NCBI GenBank assembly: GCA_963755125.1
Contig: CAVWIP010000012.1
Span: forward strand, 288,001 to 352,000
Origin: an uncultured delta proteobacterium
GTDB taxonomy: Bacteria > Myxococcota_A > Polyangia > Fen-1088
Length of the DNA: 64,000 nt
Direction: 5' to 3'
Both the position numbers and the translations under genes were made by a program. Under the pieces are notes generated by a model, which was not told where the DNA came from, did no database searches, and saw only the letters and a program-made list of their open reading frames with translations. This document shows positions 1 to 9,307 of the stretch, one piece after another (the stretch's first letter is position 1; each line of letters opens with the position of its first letter).

Positions 1-332
1 AGCCCCTCCTGCGCGCAAAACTCCTTGTGCGATTCAACGCTGTCCACGCTCACCCCCAACACAATGGCCTTGCGCTTGGTGTACTCGGGCTGGTCTTTGG
101 CGAAGTTGTGTGCCTCGAGAGTGCAGCCCGGGGTCTTGTCCTTGGGGTAGAAGTACAGAACCACCCAGGTGCCGCGCAGAGCTGAGAGCTGCACCTTGCT
201 GCCGTCATGCGCTGGCAGCGTGAAATCTGGCGCCACTCTGCCCACGGCTGGCATCTCAGTCGCGCCGGCAAGCAGGGGCCAGGAAATCAGAACCATGGTG
301 ACGAAGGTGAGGATTTCTGAGTACGGGTTCAT
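1..332 (-). CDS. bcp: Peroxiredoxin, BCP/PrxQ family, with N-terminal signal-like segment (3' end runs off the window)
   Basis: Not in the ORF track; translated by hand from ATG at 332: MNPYSEILTFVTMVLISWPLLAGATEMPAVGRVAPDFTLPAHDGSKVQLSALRGTWVVLYFYPKDKTPGCTLEAHNF...GVSVDSVESHKEFCAQEG. FYPKDxTPGCT is the BCP signature. Confidence 0.9.
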   Translation of the reverse strand, partial: MNPYSEILTFVTMVLISWPLLAGATEMPAVGRVAPDFTLPAHDGSKVQLSALRGTWVVLYFYPKDKTPGCTLEAHNFAKDQPEYTKRKAIVLGVSVDSVESHKEFCAQEG

Positions 333-434
333 GGGTCTCTCCACAAGTTTGCCTATTAGATGTTTTCTTACGGGCATTGGCTTCGCCTCATTGCCCATGA
401 CCACCTCGGCGGCCTCTCGTGGCACAATGGGCGC

Positions 435-3400
435 ATGCGTTTCGCCACGCTGGGTCTGATGTTCACGCTGGTTATCGGTTGCGCGGGGATCCCACGGCTG
501 CCCGTGGATCCGCGCGTGGGGCCGGTCCGTCTCGTACACGGCGGTGCCGGGCCCGAGGTGGATCGGCTGCTGGAGAGGCTGTACGGCCGCGACATGGCTC
601 TGTCGGAACTTCGTGCGCTGACTCAGGCGACCCTGGCACAGTACCCGCAATCAGGGGCTGCGCACGAGGCGGCGGCGTACCTGGCAGATCTGGACGACGA
701 TCCCCACGAGGCGTGGCTTCATTTCTGGAAGGCGGCGCAGGACTTGGATGACCCGCTCGCTGAACTCTACCTATGGGAGATGAACGTCGATCCCACCCGT
801 GCCGAGATGGAGGCGAACATCGCGCTCTACGACGCGATCCGTACCGGGCACCCACGTCCCACGACGCGCGCCGCCGCCACGATCTACCAAATGCGTGCGC
901 TCAGGTGGCTCGGGCAGGGCCGCCGGGCACGGGCCCTGCTTCCCTCTCTGGGCTTCATCGACCGCTGGGCGATCCTGGGTGCCTTCGACAACGAAGCAGG
1001 CAAAGGGTTCTTGACCGCCTTCCCGCCCGAGAAGAAGATTGACTTCGACCATGCGGTCGATGGGCCCCTGGTGCCGCTGCGCTGGCGCGAGCTGCCGCGC
1101 ACGACGGACCTTGGGACCGTGCCCCTGGGCAGCACGATCTGGCCATCCGAAGCCAGCGTGGCGTATCTGGCGACCTGGGTTCACGCCGACGCCGCCGTCG
1201 ATGCGCGGCTCCGGATCACGACCGGCGATGCGACTCGGGCCTGGCTCAACGGGGGCCTGGTGCTGTCGGAGGAGCGGATCGACGCCGGCGATCTGGACAA
1301 TCTGGTGGTACCGATACGCCTGCAGCCGGGCTGGAACCAGCTTCTCATCAAGTCGGCGCAGAAGAGCGGGGGGTGGTGGGTGCAGGCTCGCCTGACCGAT
1401 CGCGACGGTGTTCCGCTGGCTGGCCTGTCCTATTCGGCGCAGCCGCAGCCCTTCCAGCCGCAGGCCGATTCATTGCAGGTCATCGAGACGCCGCCCGAAC
1501 TGGCGGCCGTGATGCCGCTGAACCGCCGGGCGTTGCTGGCGGGCCGCTGGGCCGCCCGCGACGGACACGTTCGCCGCCAGGAGAGCGAGTCGCAGTCGTT
1601 TCTGGATGCGGCGCCCGAGAATCTTCTGGCCATCTATTACATGAGTTTCGCGTACTGGGCGAACGAGGAGTCTGGCAAGGTGATCGACCTGCTCAACCGA
1701 GGCGTCGAACGCGCCGGCAACCGAGCGTCCGCGTTCCTGCGTTTGCGGGCGCGCTACTACGTGCAGCGGCGTCTCTACGACAAGGCGCAGGCGGATTATC
1801 TGCAGGAGATGCAGGCCACCGGCGCCGCGCGCGTGGCCGAGCGCGACCTCGCCGACCTCTACGGTCAGCGCGGCTGGCGCATCGATCGATGCCGCCAACT
1901 GGCGGAAACCGCGCGCAAGTGGCCGGACAGCGCGATCACCGTGCGCGAGCAGGGTAGCTGCGAGATCGGGCTCGGCTACGCGGCACGCGGGACCGCTACG
2001 CTGGAGCGGGCACTCGCTCTCGAGCCGGGCGCGGTGAAGACCCTGGAACGGTTGTACGATCGCGCTGTCGACGAGTCGCGCTTCAAAGACGCGCACCGCT
2101 GGCTGCGCGCCCTCGTCGAGCTGGAGCCGACTGCGCCGGTCTATTTGGTCAACGCGGCGGATCTCTCCCGCCGCGAGGGCCGGCCGGCCGAGGCGGAGTC
2201 GCTGCTAGCGGCTGCCGCGCGCCTCAACCCGGTGTGGCCGCGGCCGCACGAGCGGCTGGGCGATCTGTACTGGGAGCAGGGACGCAAGGCGGACGCCCTG
2301 GTCGAGTGGAAGCTGGCGCACGAGCGCGATCCGAACAACTCGGTGCTGGCGCAGCGGATCGAGTTTCAGGAACCGACCCGCCTGGGATTCATCGAGCGGT
2401 ACGTGCCGGGTGCAGACGCGATCGACGCGGCGCTGACCCGCAAGATCAAACCCCACCCCGGCGCGCAGGCGGTTGAGCGGCTGGACGACGAGGTCACCGA
2501 GGTGAACGCCGACGGCGGCGCCCGGCGGGTGGTCACCTTGGTGGCGGAGGCGCTGACCGAGCAAGGACGTGATGCCCTAATCACGCAAAGAGTGCCAACC
2601 GTCGGCACGGTGAAGATCTTGCAGGCCTACTCCCTGTCGAAGAGCGGTGAGCGCCAGGAGGCTTCGTCCATCCGGGGCGGCACCTTGCGTTTCCGCAACC
2701 TGGAGGTCGGGTCGCGCCTGGTGCTTCAGTACGTGCACTACGCGCCCGCCGGACACTTCCTGGAAAACCACTTCGTGACCACCTGGTACTTCCGCCTCCC
2801 ATCCTGGCAGAACGAACAGCCGCGCTGGGTCCTGGTTCTGGGCAAGGATCGCCCGTTGCGCACGGACGTCGCAGGGCCGGTCAAGCTAGATGAGACGGTG
2901 GTGGGCGACCGGCGCGTCCGCATATGGTCGTCAGAGGCCGCGCCGCCCATGACCCCCGAGGTCGCTTCGCCGCCGGTTGCCGATCTCCTCTGGCGGGTGA
3001 GTGTCAGCACCGTGCCCGACTGGGACGAATACGTGCGCTGGGAGCGAGCCCTGCTCGCCGACGCGTTCCAGAACAGCCCCCGGCTGGAGGAGTTGGCCGC
3101 CAAACTCACCGCCGGTGCCGCCAGCCCGCGCGAGAAGTTGGACCGACTGTTCGGATATGTGACCAAGGAGATCCGGTACCAGCAGGATTACGAGAACACC
3201 GTCGCCGGCGTCCGGCCGCACGCCTGCCCGGTGGTCATCGAGCGTGGATACGGTGATTGCAAGGACAAGGCGGTGCTGCTGATCCATCTGGCCAAGCTGG
3301 CCGGCATCAAGCTCAAGTTCGCCATCCTTCGCACTGTCACGGCGGGCAAGGTGCTTCGCGATGTCCCGAACCAGCAGTTCAATCACGCAATCGTCTACGC

Positions 3401-4202
3401 GCCGGCGCAGCCGGGTATCGCCCAGCCATTCTTCCTCGACCCGACCGCGGACGGGCTGGACATGGGCAACTTGCAGCCCGTGGACCAGGGAGCGCTTAGC
3501 CTGGTGCTGGACCCGGAGTCGGGCGCGTGGGAGATGATGCCCATTCCGTACGATGCTCCGGAGCTGAGCGAGACGCGGCTGGTCTTGCGGGCTGACATCA
3601 AGTCGACCACCGAGGCGCGCCTGGAGGGCACGCTCACGGCTCGCGGGGGAATGGCCATGGGATTGCGGCATACCCTGCGCAACAAGACCGCCGCCGAAAA
3701 GGCCATGCAGGCCTTCGCAAGCAGGCTGCTCCCCGGCGTGACCCTGGGACATTCCGAATGGCCACCCGAGGAAGACACAGCCAAGCCGCTCGCAATCAAG
3801 CTGGAGATGGACGCCTCGCGCGCCATCCAGGCCGAAGAGGATCACTTCCGGTTCCCGCTGCCCCACCTGGTGGATTTCGCCGCCGCCGCCACGCTCGAGC
3901 ACCGGGAGACGCCGCTGCGGCTTGGCGTCCCGGAGGTGTGGTCCGACACGGTCGCGGTCACCCTGCCCGAGGGCTTCGCGTTCCTGCACACGCCCGGGGA
4001 CTTCACCATCACGCACCCGTGCTTCTCGGCGCAGGGGCGCTCGACCACTGCGGGCCCCGCCAGGACGTTCTCGTTCACGTTCAGGCGCACTTGCAGCGAG
4101 ATCGCGGTCGAAGACTACGGCGCATTTCGGGATCGGGTGCGGGACACGGCGGCCAAGCTACGCGACGCGATTTCGTTCGTGCGAAGAAAGACTGGCCGCT
4201 GA
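435..4202 (+). CDS. Large lipoprotein: TPR repeats + DUF3857-like domain + transglutaminase-like cysteine protease domain
   Basis: ORF 360..4202; likely start MRFATLGLMFTLVIGC (lipobox) at 435; many TPR-like helices; triad motifs YGDCKDKA, FNHAIVY, FLDPT. Confidence 0.8.
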   Translation: MRFATLGLMFTLVIGCAGIPRLPVDPRVGPVRLVHGGAGPEVDRLLERLYGRDMALSELRALTQATLAQYPQSGAAHEAAAYLADLDDDPHEAWLHFWKAAQDLDDPLAELYLWEMNVDPTRAEMEANIALYDAIRTGHPRPTTRAAATIYQMRALRWLGQGRRARALLPSLGFIDRWAILGAFDNEAGKGFLTAFPPEKKIDFDHAVDGPLVPLRWRELPRTTDLGTVPLGSTIWPSEASVAYLATWVHADAAVDARLRITTGDATRAWLNGGLVLSEERIDAGDLDNLVVPIRLQPGWNQLLIKSAQKSGGWWVQARLTDRDGVPLAGLSYSAQPQPFQPQADSLQVIETPPELAAVMPLNRRALLAGRWAARDGHVRRQESESQSFLDAAPENLLAIYYMSFAYWANEESGKVIDLLNRGVERAGNRASAFLRLRARYYVQRRLYDKAQADYLQEMQATGAARVAERDLADLYGQRGWRIDRCRQLAETARKWPDSAITVREQGSCEIGLGYAARGTATLERALALEPGAVKTLERLYDRAVDESRFKDAHRWLRALVELEPTAPVYLVNAADLSRREGRPAEAESLLAAAARLNPVWPRPHERLGDLYWEQGRKADALVEWKLAHERDPNNSVLAQRIEFQEPTRLGFIERYVPGADAIDAALTRKIKPHPGAQAVERLDDEVTEVNADGGARRVVTLVAEALTEQGRDALITQRVPTVGTVKILQAYSLSKSGERQEASSIRGGTLRFRNLEVGSRLVLQYVHYAPAGHFLENHFVTTWYFRLPSWQNEQPRWVLVLGKDRPLRTDVAGPVKLDETVVGDRRVRIWSSEAAPPMTPEVASPPVADLLWRVSVSTVPDWDEYVRWERALLADAFQNSPRLEELAAKLTAGAASPREKLDRLFGYVTKEIRYQQDYENTVAGVRPHACPVVIERGYGDCKDKAVLLIHLAKLAGIKLKFAILRTVTAGKVLRDVPNQQFNHAIVYAPAQPGIAQPFFLDPTADGLDMGNLQPVDQGALSLVLDPESGAWEMMPIPYDAPELSETRLVLRADIKSTTEARLEGTLTARGGMAMGLRHTLRNKTAAEKAMQAFASRLLPGVTLGHSEWPPEEDTAKPLAIKLEMDASRAIQAEEDHFRFPLPHLVDFAAAATLEHRETPLRLGVPEVWSDTVAVTLPEGFAFLHTPGDFTITHPCFSAQGRSTTAGPARTFSFTFRRTCSEIAVEDYGAFRDRVRDTAAKLRDAISFVRRKTGR

Positions 4203-4362
4203 GGCGGCAGACGCCGCTGCCTCCTGATTCGGAGTCGTGCCCGTGCTGACGGCCTGCCGCGCCCCCCGGCGACGACAAGCCGACTCCTGATGGCTGGCGC
4301 CGCCGCAGAACGGCACAACGAATATCTGAGCTGTAGGAACGGGTCAGGGCACTGCTTGTGCG

Positions 4363-6093
4363 ATGTCAATCCGCCAACACAACAAGAAGTTTATCCAAGA
4401 TCCGTGCGCCAGCCGCGAGCTGGGGATTTTCCCTGGCCTTTTGTTCGCTGTGGCCGCCTTGGCTTCTCTTGGACTCGGATGTACCTCGGGAAAGCAAAGC
4501 TCGCAGAACACCGCGTCACAGGGAGGGAGTAGCCAGGCCACCGGTGGTTCAGGCGGGAACGGGCAAGTTACCAGCGGCGCTGGGACGAGCGGCTCGGTCA
4601 CCACAGGTGGCGGAAGCAGTTCGGTCGCTCCGGGTGGCTCGGTCGCGACCGGCGGCTCGGTAGTCTCAAGTAGCTCAGTCGCGACCGGCGGCTCGGTTCC
4701 CACGGGTGGTTCAGTCGCGACTGGTGGCTCGGTAGCCTCAAGTAGCTCAGTCGCGACCGGCGGTTCGGTTCCCGCGGGTGGTTCAGTCGTCACGGGCGGT
4801 ATGCCCGGTCGGGGCGGCTCGACTGCGCTGGGCGGATCAGTTGTCACGGGCGGCATGACCGGTCGGGGCGGCTCGACGGTGGCAGGTGGATCAGTGGCCA
4901 CGGGTGGCACGACTGGTCGAGGCACCACGACGCCGACGGGCGGCACGACCCCGACCGGCGGCACGACCCCGACGGGCGGCACGACCCCGACCGGCGGCAC
5001 GACCCCGACCGGCGGGAGTGGGGTCTGCCCCACGGTCGCTACCCCTCCAACCCCAGACACCACGACCCGGGCCCAGTGCACCAGCAGCTCGACTGGTATT
5101 GCTTGCCATTTCGGTGGGAACCCTGGCAACTACGATGTCTCTTTCAACCTCGGTGGCACGGCTGCTGGGCAGACCGAAGTTCAGGCTGAAACCTTGCGCG
5201 AGATGCTGGCCGCCCCCGTGACTACGGAGGGAACACCCGTTGCCCCAATCGTTACCACCGCGGGCCAGAAACTCCTCTATTCCATGACAGTCAACGTGCG
5301 CCAGCCACAGGGGCAACCCGACTGGGCGCAGGCGTCCGACGGAACCCCCGGATTGGACATGTACTTCATCGGACCAGCTCCGCAGTTGGATTCCATCGCC
5401 TACGCGCCAGCCGCGGCCAGCGACGTCGTCATGTATATCGCAACCGATTCAACCGGGTGCGACCAAGATGGCCCTGGAACGGCGGGGTGGGGACAGTGGC
5501 TTCCGCAATTCTTCGGCTTCGGCCTATCCGTCGCGAACTATGGCAATTCCGGCGCGCTCACGGAATGCTCGCCGACAACCACACCATGCAGGACCGACGC
5601 TCCCTATTACAGTTTCTATGACAATCCCAAGATGTGGCCTGCCATTAAACCTCTCCTCAAGGCTGGCGACGTCGTGCTGATCGAATTTGCCCACAACGAC
5701 AAGAACACGCCACAGGATCAGTACGAAGCCAACCTGAACACGTATATTAACGAAACAAGGGCGGCGGGCGCCATCCCGGTGCTTGCGACTCCAATTCCAC
5801 GCAACAATTGGACCAACGCCACCACAATGAATCCCACTCAACTCGTCAACGATGTGGGAGTCGACCTTCCTGCCAGCATCAGGAGTGTCGGCGCAGCCGC
5901 TGGCGTTCCGGTCATCGATCTGACAACCAAGGTCGTGGCGTTCTTTAGCTCAAAAGGCGAAGCCACGGCCAGCACGTACTACGCGGATCCGACCACTCAC
6001 CTCAACACGGTGGGAGCGAACATAGTTGCCACCATCATGCGCGACGAGATTCGCAGCCTCAACATCTATCCGCTGGTCTGCTTCCTGCGCTAG
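4363..6093 (+). CDS. Lipoprotein SGNH/GDSL esterase (rhamnogalacturonan acetylesterase-like) with long Gly/Ser/Thr linker
   Basis: Lipobox LGLGC; SGNH blocks TDST, GWGQ, NYGNSGA, FAHND, THLN. Confidence 0.8.
   Translation: MSIRQHNKKFIQDPCASRELGIFPGLLFAVAALASLGLGCTSGKQSSQNTASQGGSSQATGGSGGNGQVTSGAGTSGSVTTGGGSSSVAPGGSVATGGSVVSSSSVATGGSVPTGGSVATGGSVASSSSVATGGSVPAGGSVVTGGMPGRGGSTALGGSVVTGGMTGRGGSTVAGGSVATGGTTGRGTTTPTGGTTPTGGTTPTGGTTPTGGTTPTGGSGVCPTVATPPTPDTTTRAQCTSSSTGIACHFGGNPGNYDVSFNLGGTAAGQTEVQAETLREMLAAPVTTEGTPVAPIVTTAGQKLLYSMTVNVRQPQGQPDWAQASDGTPGLDMYFIGPAPQLDSIAYAPAAASDVVMYIATDSTGCDQDGPGTAGWGQWLPQFFGFGLSVANYGNSGALTECSPTTTPCRTDAPYYSFYDNPKMWPAIKPLLKAGDVVLIEFAHNDKNTPQDQYEANLNTYINETRAAGAIPVLATPIPRNNWTNATTMNPTQLVNDVGVDLPASIRSVGAAAGVPVIDLTTKVVAFFSSKGEATASTYYADPTTHLNTVGANIVATIMRDEIRSLNIYPLVCFLR
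4630..5012 (+). repeat. Coding 18-bp tandem repeats (GGSVAT-type units, then about five GGTTPT units)
   Basis: Repeated ggcggctcggt... and ggcggcacgaccccgac(c/g) units inside the esterase linker. Confidence 0.85.
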
Positions 6094-6504
6094 ATCTCGT
6101 TCTCGCGAGCCACTCCCCGTCGGCCATCTGCGCGGCCATCACCTTTCAAAACAACGGCCGCCGATGACCCAACGACCGACCATGGGCGATACCGGCCTTG
6201 GCTCCGGAAATGGCTGTGGTCTGCGCATGTGCCCTTTCATGCCCGCCGTTCCCACAACGTTGGAACTGCGGGCCAGCGGGGCCTGGCGCAGCGAAGCGAC
6301 GCCGACCAGGGCGTGATGGAGTAGACTGCGCCGCGTGCTCGACACAGCCTCATCAGCAGCCGGAAACCGCGGAAGAAGTCGCTGCGTCGCGCGGCCTGTC
6401 CGCTCAGGGTTGCGCGGGTCCGGGCGGGGAATGTGCCGGATGCTGGCAATTCCGGATCGTTCCTGCGTTCCGTGCACCGGGCCGCATCATAGCCCAGACG
6501 AAAG

Positions 6505-7035
6505 GTGAGCCGGATGGAACGATCGCACAGGTCCCACGGAACCGGACAGTTCACCCTTTCGGAGTTCAAGTCGCTTGGACCCGACTGTGTGTTCGAGCCG
6601 GGCGTGCTGGTTTTTCATCCGGAGACCGTTTTGCTGGGAGCGAATGTATATGTCGGTCACTACACGATTCTCAAGGGCTATTGCAAGAACCAGATGCGCA
6701 TCGGTGATCGCACCTGGATCGGGCAGCAGTGTTTTCTGCATTCGGCCGGCGGGATCAGCATTGGCAAGAGTGTGGGTATCGGGCCAGGAGTGAAGATTCT
6801 CACGTCCGTGCACAGCGAGGCGGGTCGGGCGAGCCCCATACTCTTCTCTCCCATTGCAACTGCTCCCGTGGTGGTGGAAGACGACGCCGACCTCGGTGTC
6901 AATTCGGTCATCCTCCCCGGGGTGACCGTGGGCCGCGGCGCGATCGTGGGGGCTGGCGCTGTGGTCACTCACGATGTCCCGGCGTATGCCGTCGTCGCAG
7001 GCGTTCCGGCCAAGGTGCTAAGGCTGCGCCCGTGA
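6505..7035 (+). CDS. Hexapeptide-repeat (left-handed beta-helix) acyltransferase
   Basis: IGDRTWIG, IGKSVGIG, VILPGVTVGRGAIVGAGAVVTHDVP, GVPAK motifs. Confidence 0.9.
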   Translation: MSRMERSHRSHGTGQFTLSEFKSLGPDCVFEPGVLVFHPETVLLGANVYVGHYTILKGYCKNQMRIGDRTWIGQQCFLHSAGGISIGKSVGIGPGVKILTSVHSEAGRASPILFSPIATAPVVVEDDADLGVNSVILPGVTVGRGAIVGAGAVVTHDVPAYAVVAGVPAKVLRLRP

Positions 7036-7712
7036 AGCCGATCGGAGGGTGGGGTCGATGCACCGGTGCCGTCGTGATCGCCATGGTTGCATATGCCGCC
7101 GCAGTTCCTGGCTGTTCGTGCGGCAGTGGGACGTGTAATCCCGACCCGTTGCACACCGGCATCACCGACCAGGCCAACACCGACTCCTACGACTGCCTGC
7201 TGCTTCATTTTACACAGAAATACAGTGAGCCCGACGCGATGATCTTCAAGGCAATCATCTACGTCGAGTCGCGATTCCAGGTGGACGCAGCGGGTTGCCC
7301 AAACTTGCCCTGCGGTATCCCCCCGGGCTGGTCCGCGGCTGAATCGGAATGTTTCGGTCTGATGCAGATCGTGCCCGCATGCAACCCGCGTCCGGGCGAT
7401 CTGGGTCTGCTCTCGAGTGGACACCCCAACTTGACCACCAGTGAAGCCCAACCCCTCTGGTCAACATCCATCTTCAATCCGGCCATCAATATCGAGCGCG
7501 GCATCGCTGGCATCGCAGACAATCGACGCCAGGTCGTGGCCCAGTTCCCCGGTTGCACCGAGGAACAGTACACATTGATGGCCATCGGCAACTACAACAG
7601 CTATGGCAGCACCACGAGTTGCACCACGTACAACACGAGCTATGACGATGTGGTTCTGGCTCGCTATGACACCTACTGTGCCGCTTCGGGGTGGACGCCG
7701 CATCCCTATTGA
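7032..7712 (+). CDS. Secreted Cys-rich lytic transglycosylase (SLT-like)
   Basis: GTG start overlaps the upstream TGA (GTGA); motifs AIIYVES, FGLMQI, FNPAINI, GNYNS; hydrophobic N-terminus followed by Cys. Confidence 0.7.
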   Translation: MKPIGGWGRCTGAVVIAMVAYAAAVPGCSCGSGTCNPDPLHTGITDQANTDSYDCLLLHFTQKYSEPDAMIFKAIIYVESRFQVDAAGCPNLPCGIPPGWSAAESECFGLMQIVPACNPRPGDLGLLSSGHPNLTTSEAQPLWSTSIFNPAINIERGIAGIADNRRQVVAQFPGCTEEQYTLMAIGNYNSYGSTTSCTTYNTSYDDVVLARYDTYCAASGWTPHPY

Positions 7713-7825
7713 GGGCGGGGGGTGCAATCAGAGCCGAAGATGCAACTTTGAGTCACCGTGCCGCTCACGATTGAGGGGCATCCACCAACGGAGAACATTG
7801 TTCCCGGTACCACGGTTTCGAAAAA

Positions 7826-7975
7826 GAGGTCACTGTTGGCGCGCTGGATGACGGTAACCGCGCCGTACTGGCCGCTGGGAATGCCCCGATCCGCCAGGCG
7901 CTTGCGGCAGTTGGCTGCCACGTTGTCGGTGAAGATGCGCAGGACTTGGCCCAGTAGTTTCCCGTCGAAGGCCAA
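7826..7975 (-). pseudogene. IS91-like (Y2/HUH) transposase internal fragment
   Basis: LAFDGKLLGQVLRIFTDNVAANCRKRLADRGIPSGQYGAVTVIQRANSDL resembles the region just before the HUH motif; the HUH motif is absent and an in-frame TAA lies just upstream. Confidence 0.65.
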
Positions 7976-8029
7976 CGGAAATCCTTAGTTGAGCAAGTCG
8001 ACGCGGGCCCACCTCCCGCCTTCCCCTCC

Positions 8030-9307
8030 CTACGTCCCCGCCCGAACCAGCGGCGGCGCCGGCTTTCCCGCCACGCGCTCGCGCACGGCTTGTACCACGT
8101 CCAGGCCAGTTGCGGCTTTCAGTTGCTCGCTCATTGCAATCAGCTTGCCGGCTAGATCGCCACTGCCGCCGTTGCCGCCAATTCCGCCCAGCACGGTCAG
8201 ACGATCCACCTTCAGATCGCCGGCGCTGCTCATCACGATGCGCATCAGATCGTTCACCTTCTGCATGAGGAACACCTGGCGCGCGTTGTCGCCCACCCGG
8301 CGCCAGGTCGTCGCGATCTCCTGCATGGCCGATGCAGTGGCGCGGCCCTGCTCGACGATACTCGCGGCCTCGCCCTTGGCGGTGGCCTCGGCCGCGGCCT
8401 TCTGCGCGCGCGCCGGCTCCAGCACGTCGGCTTGTAACTGGCGGCGCACCTGCTCGACGCGCGCTTTTTGCACGTCCAGTTCAGCCTGGGCACGCGCCAG
8501 CTTGGAAGCCACCTGGCCCTTGGCCTCGGCCACCATGGCCACGGCCTTGGTCTGCGCGTCGGTCACCCGCCGGGCCATGTCCGCTCGCAAGGTGCCAAGC
8601 TGCGCGTCCAGGCGGGAGATCTCCGTGGTCTGATGATTCTGCGCCGCCTGGATGGCGGAGTCGGCCTTGTTGCGGGCCTCGGCAATGGCGGCGTGCTTCT
8701 GCACCTCGGCTGATTGCTTGCGGCCGATGCTGTCCAGGTAGTTCACGTCGTCGGACACGTCCTGGATCTTCAGGGTGTCCAGCTCCAGGCCGATGTGGCG
8801 CAGATCCTCTTCGGCCTCGGTCAGCAGCGACTGTGCGAACTTGATCTTGTCGGCGTTGACCTCCTCGGGGGTCAGCGTGGCCAGCACGCCGCGCAGGTTG
8901 CCTTCCAGGGTTTCCTTGGCCACCGCCATGATGCGCGCGCGGTCCACGCCCAGAAAACGCTCGATGGCATTGTCGAGCATGGGCTGCTCGCCCGCGACTT
9001 TCACGTTAGCGATGCCGTGCACATTGAGCGGGATGCCGCCCTTGGAATACGCGCCGGTGACCGCCAGCTCGATGGGCATGTTGGTCAGGTCCATGCGGTC
9101 CACCGCCTCGACCAACGGCCGGCGCACGCGGCGGCCGCCCTTGATGATCTGATAGCCGACCACGCGTCCGGTGGCGAGCACGCGGCGCGCGCCCGAGAAG
9201 ATGAGCACCTCGTTGGGTTGGCAGATGTAGAGCAGACGGGTCATGACGATGAGCAGGACGATGCCGGCCACCACGCCGACGCCGATGAGCAAGCCGAGGC
9301 TAGTCAT
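8030..9307 (-). CDS. Flotillin/SPFH (band 7) protein
   Basis: N-terminal TM, SPFH core (ETLEGNLRGVLATLTPEEVN), Ala/Glu-rich coiled coil. Confidence 0.92.
   Translation of the reverse strand: MTSLGLLIGVGVVAGIVLLIVMTRLLYICQPNEVLIFSGARRVLATGRVVGYQIIKGGRRVRRPLVEAVDRMDLTNMPIELAVTGAYSKGGIPLNVHGIANVKVAGEQPMLDNAIERFLGVDRARIMAVAKETLEGNLRGVLATLTPEEVNADKIKFAQSLLTEAEEDLRHIGLELDTLKIQDVSDDVNYLDSIGRKQSAEVQKHAAIAEARNKADSAIQAAQNHQTTEISRLDAQLGTLRADMARRVTDAQTKAVAMVAEAKGQVASKLARAQAELDVQKARVEQVRRQLQADVLEPARAQKAAAEATAKGEAASIVEQGRATASAMQEIATTWRRVGDNARQVFLMQKVNDLMRIVMSSAGDLKVDRLTVLGGIGGNGGSGDLAGKLIAMSEQLKAATGLDVVQAVRERVAGKPAPPLVRAGT

Noticed and set aside
4630..5012. CRISPR-like array
   Set aside because: Units are in-frame 18-bp coding repeats with no unique spacers and no cas genes; the same applies to 25865-26464 and 32750-32960.
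6250..6315. Integron attC-like site (CACAAC...GCGAAGCG hairpin)
   Set aside because: No matching GTTRRRY end, no second site and no integrase.
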